Below, piece by piece: positions 10,474-19,735 of a stretch of DNA of 64,000 nucleotides. The notes beneath the pieces are model-generated. The model saw only the letters and a program-made list of their open reading frames with translations. It was not told where the DNA came from and searched no databases. Source of the DNA: Candidatus Doudnabacteria bacterium (GTDB lineage Bacteria > Patescibacteriota > Doudnabacteria > UBA920); assembly GCA_003151625.1 (NCBI GenBank), contig PLYC01000013.1, forward strand, positions 29,210 through 93,209, given 5' to 3'. The stretch's first letter is position 1. Each line of letters starts with the position of its first letter. The position numbers were made by a program, and so were the translations under genes.

Positions 10474-11154
10474 TTATTTTATCTTCTCGTCTTTTATTAT
10501 TTCCCCGTCTTTAATATGGATAATGCGTCTGGCATGCTTGGCCACGTCTTCTTCGTGGGTAATTAATATAATTGTGTGGCCCTGCTCGTTTAGTTTTTCA
10601 AAAGTTTGAAGGACAATTTCCCCGGTTTTGGTGTCCAAATTTCCGGTTGGCTCGTCGGCCAGCAAGAGACTCGGGTTATTGACCAGCGCCCTGGCAATAG
10701 CCACGCGCTGCATTTGTCCGCCGGACAGCTGGTTGGAAAGATGGTTGAATCTGGCTTCGTCAAAACCGGCTTGGATTAATGCTTTTTTTGCAATTTTTTC
10801 CCGTTCTTGTTTTGGCACGCCGGCGTAAACCAAAGGCAGGGCAACATTGCGGACTACGGTGGCGCGGGGCAATAAATTAAATGCCTGGAACACAAAGCCG
10901 ACTTTTTCTTTGCGAATGTCCGCCAGCTCGTGATCGCCTAGCTTGGAAACATCTTTACCGTCTAGAAAATAAGTGCCGCTGGTTGGGGTGTCCAGCGCCC
11001 CTAAAATATGCATTAGGGTGGACTTCCCGCTGCCGGAAGGCCCCATAATGGCAACATATTCGCCGTCATTTATTGTAAAGGTGAGCCCTTTAAGCACCTG
11101 GGTTGTTTCGTCCCCGGTTTTGTATTCTTTTTTTATATCTTTACATTCAATCAT
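10474..11154 (-). CDS. ABC transporter ATP-binding protein (MacB/LolD-like)
   Basis: Walker [10 protein letters not shown], signature [15 protein letters not shown], Walker [13 protein letters not shown]. Confidence 0.9.
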   Translation of the reverse strand: MIECKDIKKEYKTGDETTQVLKGLTFTINDGEYVAIMGPSGSGKSTLMHILGALDTPTSGTYFLDGKDVSKLGDHELADIRKEKVGFVFQAFNLLPRATVVRNVALPLVYAGVPKQEREKIAKKALIQAGFDEARFNHLSNQLSGGQMQRVAIARALVNNPSLLLADEPTGNLDTKTGEIVLQTFEKLNEQGHTIILITHEEDVAKHARRIIHIKDGEIIKDEKIK

Positions 11155-12831
11155 TTAGTTACCCCCCGGCGCGCGGAACCCGGCGGCGCCGCCTCCGCCT
11201 GCGCCAAGGGTTTGCAAAACCGACCTGGATGCGGCCGGAGTGGCGCTGGTTTTGCTTGCCGATCCGGTAATGGTTTGGGTTACCACTTCATCCCCTGCCG
11301 CAATTCCGGTGCCGGAAATTTCCGTGTTGGTATCGTTAGAGAGGCCGACTGTTACGGTGACTTGCGAAATCGCGCCATTTTTTAAAATTTCCACATAGCT
11401 AGACCCGTTGCTCGTGTGTACGGCCGCTATGGGTACGGTTAAAATATCCTGGCTGGATGCGGTAATAACGCTGGCCGTTACGCTCATGCCGGGTTTTATG
11501 GTGGGGTCTTGGGTATCGAGCACAATTTTTACGGTAAAATTAACCACGTTTTGCGAAACAGTGCCGATGTTGTCCACATCCGCCACGGTTCCGGTAAGAG
11601 TTAAATCCGGCACAGCCGAAAAAGTCAGAGTGGCTTTTTGGCCGACTTTAACTTTGGCCGCGTCGACTTCGTTTAAAGAAATTTTGGCAACCTGCTGTTT
11701 GGTAATAACCGTCGCAATTACGGTGCCGGCGGTAACTTTGTCGCCGGCTGAAAACAGGACAGATGCAATAACACCGTCAAACGGGGCCTTTAAAATAGTG
11801 CTGTCGTAGGCGGTTTGGGCGTTTTGCAACTGGGCCTGGGCCGAGGTAATTTGGGCCTTGGCCGAAGCAATATCCGAGGCGGTTGGCGGCTCAACGGTAG
11901 TGGCCAGCGAGAGGTTGGCCTTGTCCAATGCGTTTTGCGCGGAGGTAATTTGGTCTTGGGCGCTTTGCAACGATTGCTGCTGGTTTAAAACCGCCGTATT
12001 ATACGCATCCAAATTATTTAAATAACCGCTCGATTTAATATTGGGAACATTTACGGTCCAAGTGGTGCCGGTGTTTATGGTGCCGGTGCTTGAAAAGGTA
12101 ACATACAGGCTGTTGCCGATTGGCTGGGCAAGGCCTTTGTTAATAACGCCGCCGCCGGAGCCAAGGCCTGAAACACTGTAGCTCATGCCGCTTCCTGTTT
12201 GGTACAGGCTAATGGTATAAGAGCCTTTGTCGGTACCGGTATAATTTCCGGTAACCGTTACCGCAGCCGTGCTGTTGTTGTCGCTGGGGTCTGCCGAGAG
12301 GCCGGAGTTTAACAGGTTTGAGTAGGATTTATCTACCGCCTGCTGCTGCTGGGTTTTAGTGTCTTTAAGGTTTTGGTTGGCCTGATCCAGCTGGGCTTGG
12401 GCCGATGCAATGGAGAGCTTTTGGCTTTGGATGCTCAGGTCGGTGGCGCCGGACATTAATTTGTCGTAGCTGGCCTGGGCCTGTTCCAAATTACCCCGAG
12501 CCTGCGCCACGCTGTTGGCGGCCGATTGCTGGTCGATAATTGCTAAAACATCGCCGGATTTGACCTGCTGGTTTTCTTTTATGTTTAGCGAAGTAATTCT
12601 ACCGTCGGTTTGCGGCTTAATGTCCATTTGGTCCGAGGCTTCAACCTGGCCGGTGCCGGAAACAGAAGTGGTAATAGTCCCTTGGGTTACAGCTGATGTT
12701 ACATATTGGGTGGCGGTGGCTCCGGGTTGGGTTTTTTTGTATATAAAATAACCCCCAATTAAAACAACAATAATAATTAAAGTGTAAAACCTTTTTTTAT
12801 TCGTGTATAAAGATTTAAAAAATTCTTTCAT
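11155..12831 (-). CDS. efflux periplasmic adaptor subunit (HlyD/MacA-like)
   Basis: N-terminal TM, long coiled-coil Q/A-rich segments, beta-barrel-like C-terminus; translationally coupled to the ABC ATPase. Confidence 0.7.
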   Translation of the reverse strand: MKEFFKSLYTNKKRFYTLIIIVVLIGGYFIYKKTQPGATATQYVTSAVTQGTITTSVSGTGQVEASDQMDIKPQTDGRITSLNIKENQQVKSGDVLAIIDQQSAANSVAQARGNLEQAQASYDKLMSGATDLSIQSQKLSIASAQAQLDQANQNLKDTKTQQQQAVDKSYSNLLNSGLSADPSDNNSTAAVTVTGNYTGTDKGSYTISLYQTGSGMSYSVSGLGSGGGVINKGLAQPIGNSLYVTFSSTGTINTGTTWTVNVPNIKSSGYLNNLDAYNTAVLNQQQSLQSAQDQITSAQNALDKANLSLATTVEPPTASDIASAKAQITSAQAQLQNAQTAYDSTILKAPFDGVIASVLFSAGDKVTAGTVIATVITKQQVAKISLNEVDAAKVKVGQKATLTFSAVPDLTLTGTVADVDNIGTVSQNVVNFTVKIVLDTQDPTIKPGMSVTASVITASSQDILTVPIAAVHTSNGSSYVEILKNGAISQVTVTVGLSNDTNTEISGTGIAAGDEVVTQTITGSASKTSATPAASRSVLQTLGAGGGGAAGFRAPGGN

Positions 12832-12857
12832 AGTTTTTTTGGCGTTTAATTAAAAAG

Positions 12858-13370
12858 CTATTTTTGTTCTAAAACCCTGATTAATTTTGCTTCAATTTGT
12901 CCCTGAGGGTTGGGCTCGCCAATAACTACAGTTTCCTCGCCGGTCTTTATATCGGCCGGCTGCAAATTTTGAAAATTTAATCGGATCACGGTACTTGGAG
13001 AAATTAAAACTATTTTTTCCGTGTTGTCCTCATCTTTAATAACCAAAGTATTTTTATCAATGCTTAAAACAGTTCCATCCAAATCATGAGGATTAAAAAA
13101 TGCTCCGCTTGGCGGCGGTTGTATTAAAGTTCTTCTCTCGCCAAAATTATTAATGTAATTTTGCGTCCAGGCGGAAGTAAAATTAGCCTTTTTGAAACCG
13201 ATTTTAATGCCCAACGAAAAAACCCCGACTAAAAGAATTAGTTCAACCAAAAAAACAACCACAAATTTAAATATTCTGGAATGTGGGATTTTGGGGAATT
13301 CCACATTTATGCCAGAATTTGCTGGTTTTTCACTGACTTGGCTTTTTTCCGTTCCGTTGGAGTTTTCCAT
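12858..13370 (-). CDS. membrane-anchored hypothetical protein
   Basis: 170-aa ORF with one TM helix; first gene of the operon. Confidence 0.45.
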   Translation of the reverse strand: MENSNGTEKSQVSEKPANSGINVEFPKIPHSRIFKFVVVFLVELILLVGVFSLGIKIGFKKANFTSAWTQNYINNFGERRTLIQPPPSGAFFNPHDLDGTVLSIDKNTLVIKDEDNTEKIVLISPSTVIRLNFQNLQPADIKTGEETVVIGEPNPQGQIEAKLIRVLEQK

Positions 13371-13424
13371 ATAAGTGATAAGTGGCTTGGTTAAATTTAA
13401 TTCAATGGTTATTTCTAATTGTTA

Positions 13425-13898
13425 TTACAACTGAGACCCATAATGAATTGCGTGCAGTGCTTTACGAAAATTTAAAAGACGGTGAGTGGCAAAGTCTACT
13501 AGCAAAATACTGCCCAGTAAACAGGATAACAGCAGCGCTAAGGCACCCAAAGGCAGACTTTCCAAAATTCCCAAAGAGTAATCCTGCCAATTTGCCATTA
13601 TTAAACCAAAATCGGTAAACATTAAAGAAAAATAGTGTGAAGTGGGAGTCTGAACAAAAGTCATAAAGGAGACATCAAGGGCGAGAGCCAGCAAACCCAA
13701 GCCTGCCAAAAAAATCCCAACTGCCGTCCAAAGTTTGGGTTTTAAAATTTTAAGTTCACGTTCATAATTTAAGCGGTTTAGGATTTTATTTAAAAGGTAA
13801 TTGTTAAAATCCGGCAATTTATTTTGCTCATAATGCCTTTTTATCGCTTGTTCTAAGGCAACGTGGTCGGATTTTGCAAGATTTGGTTCAGTAATCAT
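13425..13898 (-). CDS. putative anti-sigma factor (membrane-anchored)
   Basis: Immediately downstream of the ECF sigma gene; TM helices in the C-terminal half; assignment by context only. Confidence 0.4.
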   Translation of the reverse strand: MITEPNLAKSDHVALEQAIKRHYEQNKLPDFNNYLLNKILNRLNYERELKILKPKLWTAVGIFLAGLGLLALALDVSFMTFVQTPTSHYFSLMFTDFGLIMANWQDYSLGILESLPLGALALLLSCLLGSILLVDFATHRLLNFRKALHAIHYGSQL

Positions 13899-13956
13899 GG
13901 GCGTTGTTAGTTGTTAATTATACGAGATATCCAGCTTTTTGGTGCAAATTCTTGCT

Positions 13957-14520
13957 TTAATTACCCTCAAAACCTCCCCTTATTATAAGTAAAGCCCGCC
14001 TGTAGCGGCTTTTAATAGTGTTTATAGATTCATTCAATACGTCCGAAATTTCCTGAAAAGTTAAATCGTGTTGGAGGTGCAGGACCACAACCGTCTCATA
14101 AATTTTCGGCAAACTGCCAATTGCCGTTTCTAATTTTTTGGAAAACTCCGCAGCCAAAAATAACTCATCCGGCAGTGGGGCGTTATCGGTCATTCGCTCC
14201 AGGTTTTCCGCCATTTGCTGTTCATCGAGAGAGTCCGGCGCCACAAAATTTTTGTGTTTCCTTAAAAAGTCGATGCAGGTATTTTTTGTGATTTGGAATA
14301 CCCAGGTCTTAAATTTTTTGTCGTGATCAAATTTTTTTAAATTTTTCCAGGCTTTGACAAAAACTTCCTGGGCAATATCTTCCGCTTCGGCGTCATTTTT
14401 TACGTAAGTCTTTGCAAAAAAGAACACCTGCTTAAAATAGCGCTTGATCAAGGCATCCAGCGCCCCTTCATTTTTATTAAAATATTGCTTAATTAGCTCT
14501 GAATCGGAAAATTCATCCAT
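13957..14520 (-). CDS. RNA polymerase sigma factor, ECF subfamily
   Basis: Sigma-70 region 2 (AEDIAQEVFVKAW...TWVFQITKN) and region 4 HTH. Confidence 0.85.
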   Translation of the reverse strand: MDEFSDSELIKQYFNKNEGALDALIKRYFKQVFFFAKTYVKNDAEAEDIAQEVFVKAWKNLKKFDHDKKFKTWVFQITKNTCIDFLRKHKNFVAPDSLDEQQMAENLERMTDNAPLPDELFLAAEFSKKLETAIGSLPKIYETVVVLHLQHDLTFQEISDVLNESINTIKSRYRRALLIIRGGFEGN

Positions 14521-14564
14521 ACTGCTAACTATATCATCAAATTAGGCTCTGTTTCAACAGATGC

Positions 14565-14765
14565 TCAGACTGTCTTAATAATATTTTGCACTCTCCCCAC
14601 TTCCCCGCTTTTTAGACGGACTTTGATGCCGTGGGGGTGGAATGGAGAATTGGTTAGAATATCGCGCACTATTCCTGGGGTCAGTTTGCCGCTCCCTTGG
14701 TCTTGCTTAAGCACAATATCAACCTTTTGCCCGACGGTTATGTCTTGTCTATTTTGTGGATTCAT
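14565..14765 (-). CDS. YwbE/DUF2196-like small protein
   Basis: 66 aa with G..V.I....Q..G....G.V..IL.....H..GIKVRL..G..GRV pattern. Confidence 0.45.
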   Translation of the reverse strand: MNPQNRQDITVGQKVDIVLKQDQGSGKLTPGIVRDILTNSPFHPHGIKVRLKSGEVGRVQNIIKTV

Positions 14766-15472
14766 CGCAATGTTTTTTGGAGAGCCTGTTTAATTTTAAA
14801 TAGATCCTGCCCCTGTTGTGAATTGGGAAAATGGTCAAAAAGTCCGAGTAAAAAATCTTTGCCAACAATATAGACATTCTCAATTGGTTCATAGCCAAAA
14901 TGCATGCTGGCAAACGGGCTCGAAAATACCAGAGCCGAATGGATGTGTATGTCTGCGCCGGTTTGCTGTTTGAGGAAATTTTTTAATGCCCAAGTCTGGC
15001 CATGAACCTGGCGCAGGAAACTTTTGTCCGTAAAAGACCGCCCATTTAAGGTTAGCTCGTAGCCGTTATAACCAATTTCGCCTTTGTGGCTTTTGACTTC
15101 AATGATAAAAAGCCCCGGCGGTCCCAGTACCACAAAATCCAAGTTGCCCTTCCCCTCTCCTATGGTTACGTCCTGGAATACGCTAAAACTATCCGCTAAT
15201 TTTTTTAGCTCATTTTTTATTAATTGTTCGCCGCCGGAACCACGGTAGTATTGGTTCGACTTGCGCCTAAAAAAATTTAAAAACGGGTCCGCAAGAAAAA
15301 TTACAAACACGATGCCAATAAGGGCTACAATGCTTATTGTCCCCTGCGGCAGGAATTTCATGGCAACCCAAACAAACAGAACAACGGCCAATAGTAATAA
15401 AATGCTAAAAGAAAAATATTTAAATTCTTTTTTTATAAGATAACCACTGTTTTTTCCGTAAAATTGAGCCAT
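14762..15472 (-). CDS. NERD domain protein (nuclease-related)
   Basis: N-terminal TM; GGEQLIKNEL...VFQDV...NLDFVVLGPPGLFIIEVKSHKG matches the NERD core. Confidence 0.7.
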   Translation of the reverse strand: MAQFYGKNSGYLIKKEFKYFSFSILLLLAVVLFVWVAMKFLPQGTISIVALIGIVFVIFLADPFLNFFRRKSNQYYRGSGGEQLIKNELKKLADSFSVFQDVTIGEGKGNLDFVVLGPPGLFIIEVKSHKGEIGYNGYELTLNGRSFTDKSFLRQVHGQTWALKNFLKQQTGADIHIHSALVFSSPFASMHFGYEPIENVYIVGKDFLLGLFDHFPNSQQGQDLFKIKQALQKTLR

Positions 15473-15486
15473 GCGTCTGCAATAAA

Positions 15487-16083
15487 TTATTTTAAAATTT
15501 CATTTGCTAATTCGTTTACGCCAATTTTCTTTTCTGCTGAATAGGGAATTATTTTGTAATTGCCAATAGCATTTTGAATTTCCTTGAGTTGTTTTATGTA
15601 CGATGATTTTTTTATTTTGTCTATTTTATTGGCAACTATTACGACATCTTTATTTGCTTCGGTTAGGCTGTGGAGCATTTGCATATCGTTATTGGTGGGT
15701 CCCAGTTCGGCGTCTATTATTAGCACAACTTTTTTTTGCTGGTATTGCGAATCAAGTAAATACCAAAATATTAAGGACTGGATTTTTGCCTGGTCTTCCT
15801 TGGATCCTTTGGCAAAACCGTAGCCCGGTAAATCCACCAAATAAAAAGTGTTGCCGCCGGTAAAGTTTCCGCCTTTGGCGGAAATTAAAAAAACGTTTAT
15901 TTGCTGGGTGCGTCCGGGAAATGAGCTGGTTTTTGCCAGATCTTTTTTGTTAGTCAGGGTGTTTATGACGCTGGATTTGCCTACATTGGAGCGGCCAATA
16001 AATGCGATTTGCGGAATGCCGTCTTCCAAAATTTCGTCCGGTTCCACCACACCCTTAATAAATTTTGCTGATGTTATGTTCAT
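15487..16083 (-). CDS. engB: ribosome biogenesis GTP-binding protein EngB/YsxC
   Basis: G1 GRSNVGKSS, DLPGYGFAK, G4 ANKIDK. Confidence 0.9.
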   Translation of the reverse strand: MNITSAKFIKGVVEPDEILEDGIPQIAFIGRSNVGKSSVINTLTNKKDLAKTSSFPGRTQQINVFLISAKGGNFTGGNTFYLVDLPGYGFAKGSKEDQAKIQSLIFWYLLDSQYQQKKVVLIIDAELGPTNNDMQMLHSLTEANKDVVIVANKIDKIKKSSYIKQLKEIQNAIGNYKIIPYSAEKKIGVNELANEILK

Positions 16084-16133
16084 ACAATGTATAATAGCAA
16101 AAAACGAACCTTTTGTCCGTTGTTATTGCCTAA

Positions 16134-16250
16134 TTATTAGCGACGTAGAGCGAGTGAAAGTTATCCGCCTAAGACGAATAACTTTCCGAGCCGAGAAGCT
16201 AATACAGGTTCAATACCTCGGAGTTCTGCTCCGAGGAACCTTTATTTTTT
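16134..16250 (+). ncRNA. structured ~110-nt element, copy 1 (candidate sRNA with intrinsic terminator)
   Basis: Conserved 5' TTATTAGCGACGTAGAGCGAGTG; variable internal hairpin; conserved CGAGCCGAG.AGCTAATACAGGTTCAATACCTCGGAG..CTCCGAGGAACCTTTATTTTTT; stop codon of minus-strand TfoX lies inside the T-run. Confidence 0.4.
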
Positions 16251-16565
16251 AGGTTTTGGTAGCGGCAACGCCGCAACGGTTATAGAAATTAACTCCGCTA
16301 AAAATTGGCGGTCGTCAAACAAGTCCCCGCTTATGTACATGGAAGCTTTGGCCCCTTTGTAGGCAAAGCCCTCTTTATATTTTTTACCCACGAATTTTTT
16401 TCCAGGTCCTGTAATTTTTACAAACAGCTCGTCGTCGCAAACCAAACCCACAACCTTGCCCTGGCAATATAAAGCGTACTCGCCAAACATTTTTCTGGCG
16501 CTGACATTTGTCACTTCCGATAATTGGTCCAGCAGGTAATCTATTGTGGATTGTTTTGTTGCCAT
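16242..16565 (-). CDS. TfoX N-terminal domain protein
   Basis: RKMFGEYALYCQGKVVGLVCDDELFVKI matches the TfoX/Sxy N-domain. Confidence 0.6.
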   Translation of the reverse strand: MATKQSTIDYLLDQLSEVTNVSARKMFGEYALYCQGKVVGLVCDDELFVKITGPGKKFVGKKYKEGFAYKGAKASMYISGDLFDDRQFLAELISITVAALPLPKPKK

Positions 16566-16569
16566 TGGG

Positions 16570-17046
16570 CTACTTGTTTAATTGCCAAATGGAATAATTA
16601 AGTAAAGATGCAAAACTGACCCAGGTAATATATGGCATCATTAACCAGCCGGCCAGGGGTACGGCCATAAAAAAAGATACTACGGATAAAACAATAAAGA
16701 CCCACATAAGGACAATTTCAAAAAATGCCCAACCCAGTTTTTTGGCGCCAAAGAACAACGGAGTCCAAATGGCATTTAAAATTAACTGGATAAGAAAAAA
16801 TATTAAACCAATTTTTGCCAAAGGCCGCTGCTGGTTTTGATAAACAAGGTAAGCGGATAAACCCATAAGGGCGTAAAGAAACGTCCACACAGGTCCGAAT
16901 ATCCAGTTTGGAGGGCGGAAGGAAGGTTGGCGCAATTTTTCGTACCAGGTTGGAATGGCCTTAGCCGTAAAAAACGATCCGGCAATGCCAACTGCTTCGC
17001 AAATAATAATAAATAAAATCAATTGGGGCCAAGAAGATATGCTCAT
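16570..17046 (-). CDS. TspO/MBR family tryptophan-rich sensory protein
   Basis: 5-TM; WYEKLRQPSFRPPNWIFGPVWTFLYALMG signature. Confidence 0.85.
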   Translation of the reverse strand: MSISSWPQLILFIIICEAVGIAGSFFTAKAIPTWYEKLRQPSFRPPNWIFGPVWTFLYALMGLSAYLVYQNQQRPLAKIGLIFFLIQLILNAIWTPLFFGAKKLGWAFFEIVLMWVFIVLSVVSFFMAVPLAGWLMMPYITWVSFASLLNYSIWQLNK

Positions 17047-17155
17047 AAGAATGGTTTAATTGTTACTTATAATTATACACTAAAAAAGCCATTCGCAAAT
17101 TGCGAATGACTTCAGGGCAGTCCCGATTGACTGCCCTTTGCAGATTGTTCCCGTT

Positions 17156-17575
17156 TTATTCCTTGGCGTTCTTGAAATCCTCCCCGGCCATGACTAGAGT
17201 GCGACAGGTTTCCCGTTCTTGTAAATCGCGGGAATGGATCAGATTGTATCCGCCCGCTTTTAGAACCTCCAGCCATAGCTCGTCCGATGGCCGCCGGTAG
17301 GCAACCACAACTTTGCTCTTTCCTGAAATCCGCAGGACGTCTTTCCAGGAGACTTCCCTTCCTATGTATCTCTCGGTCAAAATGACCGCGAACGGTATTT
17401 TGTTTGCCAGTTTCTTTTTGGCTTTCTCGAGCGTCTCCACAAAGACAAAGCCAAACCGCGTCCCTTCGAAGAATTTAAGTAGTAGACTGGGGTCGTCACA
17501 CCGATCATTCTTCCTGAGACCCACACACAGCACCTTCACCCTTTTTGCGGGGAGATTCAAATCTTTCAACGACAC
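17156..17575 (-). CDS. hypothetical protein (GC-rich)
   Basis: 139-aa ORF in a GC-rich patch; weak resemblance to a receiver-like fold only. Confidence 0.35.
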   Translation of the reverse strand: MSLKDLNLPAKRVKVLCVGLRKNDRCDDPSLLLKFFEGTRFGFVFVETLEKAKKKLANKIPFAVILTERYIGREVSWKDVLRISGKSKVVVAYRRPSDELWLEVLKAGGYNLIHSRDLQERETCRTLVMAGEDFKNAKE

Positions 17576-17621
17576 TTTTTTACTTCCTCCTCTGTATTTG
17601 TGCTCACTCTTTTATCACATC

Positions 17622-17657
17622 AAAAAAAGTGGCAATATATATTACCACTTTTTTTGA
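17622..17657. terminator. bidirectional hairpin terminator
   Basis: AAAAAAAGTGGCAATATATATTACCACTTTTTTT. Confidence 0.5.
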
Positions 17658-17680
17658 TTAGAGTCAATGCAAGTATTATC

Positions 17681-18505
17681 CTATTTTGTCACTGACGAAT
17701 CTTTTATCTGCACACCGACAACGGACACGCTTCCGGACAGATGTTTGCCCCAAACTCTTAAGGAGTCGCCGACATTATATTCGTTTAGCTGTATTGGTTT
17801 GCCATTTTTGCTTTGTAAGGTCGCGCCGGATAAATCGACTCCGTAAATTACATTGCCGTTGCCAATTACCGTAAAGTACGAACCGTTTTTAATGGAGAGC
17901 GTGCCGGTAAAATAAATGCTTATTAACCTATAAGCCCCGTTAACCGTCAAGGCGAAAATATTTGAGTTGCTCCTGTCCCACTGGCCTTTCACCGAGGCGG
18001 TCATCCCCAAAATTAAATCTTTAAAAGTCGCGCTGGAACCGTTTTTGGTAAACGAAGTAAAATTATTGGTATGAATGGTTTGGCTGCCGTAAGTTTTGCT
18101 ATCCATAACAAAACTTGAGTCTGTAGTATTGATTGAGGAAATTTTTCCGGAAAAAGTGCTGGTGTGAGCGTAAAGGGAAAGGTCCCGAATTGATGTGGCG
18201 CTTATGCTGTTGTCTCCCCACAAAGTTCCTTTTACTTCTATTTTATCGCCGGTTAAAATTTCCGAAAGTTGCATGGTCGCGCCGTTTTTGCGCAAAAGCT
18301 GAGCGTTGCCGGCATCGGCAGCATACTTGGCCGCGCTGGTGGCCGAAAACATTATTTGATTGCCAACCAAACCGGTTACCGTACCGGTTAAAGTTTTTGG
18401 AGCGGCTGCTAAGCTCGCCAAAGGCACTAAAAAACAGACGGCCGCGGCCGCTGCGAGCGCCAAACAGACTTTTTTCATATTTTTGTTTCCTTTGTGGTTT
18501 GTCAA
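17681..18505 (-). CDS. secreted hypothetical protein
   Basis: Signal peptide MKKVCLALAAAAAVCFLVPLASLAAAP; upstream TTGACA/TATACT promoter and direct repeats. Confidence 0.5.
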   Translation of the reverse strand: MTNHKGNKNMKKVCLALAAAAAVCFLVPLASLAAAPKTLTGTVTGLVGNQIMFSATSAAKYAADAGNAQLLRKNGATMQLSEILTGDKIEVKGTLWGDNSISATSIRDLSLYAHTSTFSGKISSINTTDSSFVMDSKTYGSQTIHTNNFTSFTKNGSSATFKDLILGMTASVKGQWDRSNSNIFALTVNGAYRLISIYFTGTLSIKNGSYFTVIGNGNVIYGVDLSGATLQSKNGKPIQLNEYNVGDSLRVWGKHLSGSVSVVGVQIKDSSVTK

Positions 18506-18681
18506 AATAAACCCACAACTGACGTTCTCAAACCTTATTTGACGTTCACAAAATAATTATATCCATAGAGTATACCTTCGTTCACCATTTGTCAAATAGC
18601 CCTTGTGGATAAGTCTTAATTTACTGTAATTTTTTTGTTTTATGCTTTAGACCGGCCACAACCGGAAGAATAAAAATGGAT

Positions 18682-19395
18682 TTATATTCCCATAACTCCA
18701 AATAACTTTCCAATGCCATAAGTGATGGCCATAGCCAGCATGCCCCCGACCACCACGCGAATAGTGGCCTTGGTTTTGCTGGATCCCCCGGAGTGGGCGC
18801 TTAGCGTGCCGGTAATTATTAGCGCGATTAAAACACCAAAAAAAGTTATGGGTATTCTTAACGGCGCGGGGGCAATGAGTATCATAATTATTGGGATAAT
18901 AGCGCCGCTAAAAAACGCTGCGGTGGAGGCAAAAGTCGCATGCCATGGGTTAGTTAAATTGTGGAGGTCTATACCTAATTCGGCGTCGGCATGGGCAGTA
19001 ACCGGGCCATGAGCCATAAGCTCTTCGGCTACTTTGCGTGCTATTGGTTCCGATAAACCTTTGCCGCGATAAATTTCTGCCAGCTCCGCCATTTCGTGAA
19101 TGGGGTTGTTTTTTATCTCCTCACGTTCTTTGTCTATTAGCGCCTGTTCCGTGTCGAGTTGGGTACTGACCGAGACATATTCCCCAACTCCCATGCTAAG
19201 CGCTCCTGCTACAAGGCCGGCCACGCCGGCCGTTAAAATAAAACGGAGGGAGCTGGAAGCTCCGGCCACGCCCACGACAATAGAAGCCGTAGACACAATG
19301 CCATCGTTTGCACCCAGCACCGCCGCCCGTAGCCAATTTAATTTTTGTCTCGATTTTTGTGCCGATATATCCGATTGTTTTTTTGGATTTTCCAT
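18682..19395 (-). CDS. VIT1/CCC1-family Fe/Mn transporter
   Basis: GANDGIVSTASIVVGVAGA motif; C-terminal TM bundle. Confidence 0.8.
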   Translation of the reverse strand: MENPKKQSDISAQKSRQKLNWLRAAVLGANDGIVSTASIVVGVAGASSSLRFILTAGVAGLVAGALSMGVGEYVSVSTQLDTEQALIDKEREEIKNNPIHEMAELAEIYRGKGLSEPIARKVAEELMAHGPVTAHADAELGIDLHNLTNPWHATFASTAAFFSGAIIPIIMILIAPAPLRIPITFFGVLIALIITGTLSAHSGGSSKTKATIRVVVGGMLAMAITYGIGKLFGVMGI

Positions 19396-19467
19396 ACAAT
19401 TAATTATAACACTAATCCCCAGATGGTACTCATTTGGGGACTGCAGGAGTCATTGTGATAAATTAAA

Positions 19468-19731
19468 TTATTTTAAATATACTTCAAGTGCCCCGTCTCC
19501 GCCGTTGTGGAGTTTGGCGACATCAAAATGGATATCCCGGTTTTTCAGGAAGTTGCTAACAAACGTTCTCATAACCGGACCGGTTTCGCGGAACGTCCCT
19601 TTGCCGGTTATTATTCGGACGTGCCGATACTCCCCCGCCTCAATAAGCTCGTCCAAAATTTCCCCGGCTTCCCGGGTAGTATAGCCGTGCAAATCCAATA
19701 TAAATTCTGGGATCCGTTCGTATTTGTTCAT
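19468..19731 (-). CDS. Smr domain protein
   Basis: LDLHGYTTREAGEILDELI...IITGKG matches the Smr core. Confidence 0.75.
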   Translation of the reverse strand: MNKYERIPEFILDLHGYTTREAGEILDELIEAGEYRHVRIITGKGTFRETGPVMRTFVSNFLKNRDIHFDVAKLHNGGDGALEVYLK

Positions 19732-19735
19732 AAGA

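Noticed and set aside
9333-12751. Multiple plus-strand ORFs antisense to the ABC efflux operon
   Set aside because: They are shadow ORFs of confidently identified minus-strand genes.
15848-16252. 134-aa plus-strand ORF spanning the EngB-TfoX intergenic region
   Set aside because: It overlaps the engB 5' end and the structured element, with no RBS; the element annotation explains the region better.
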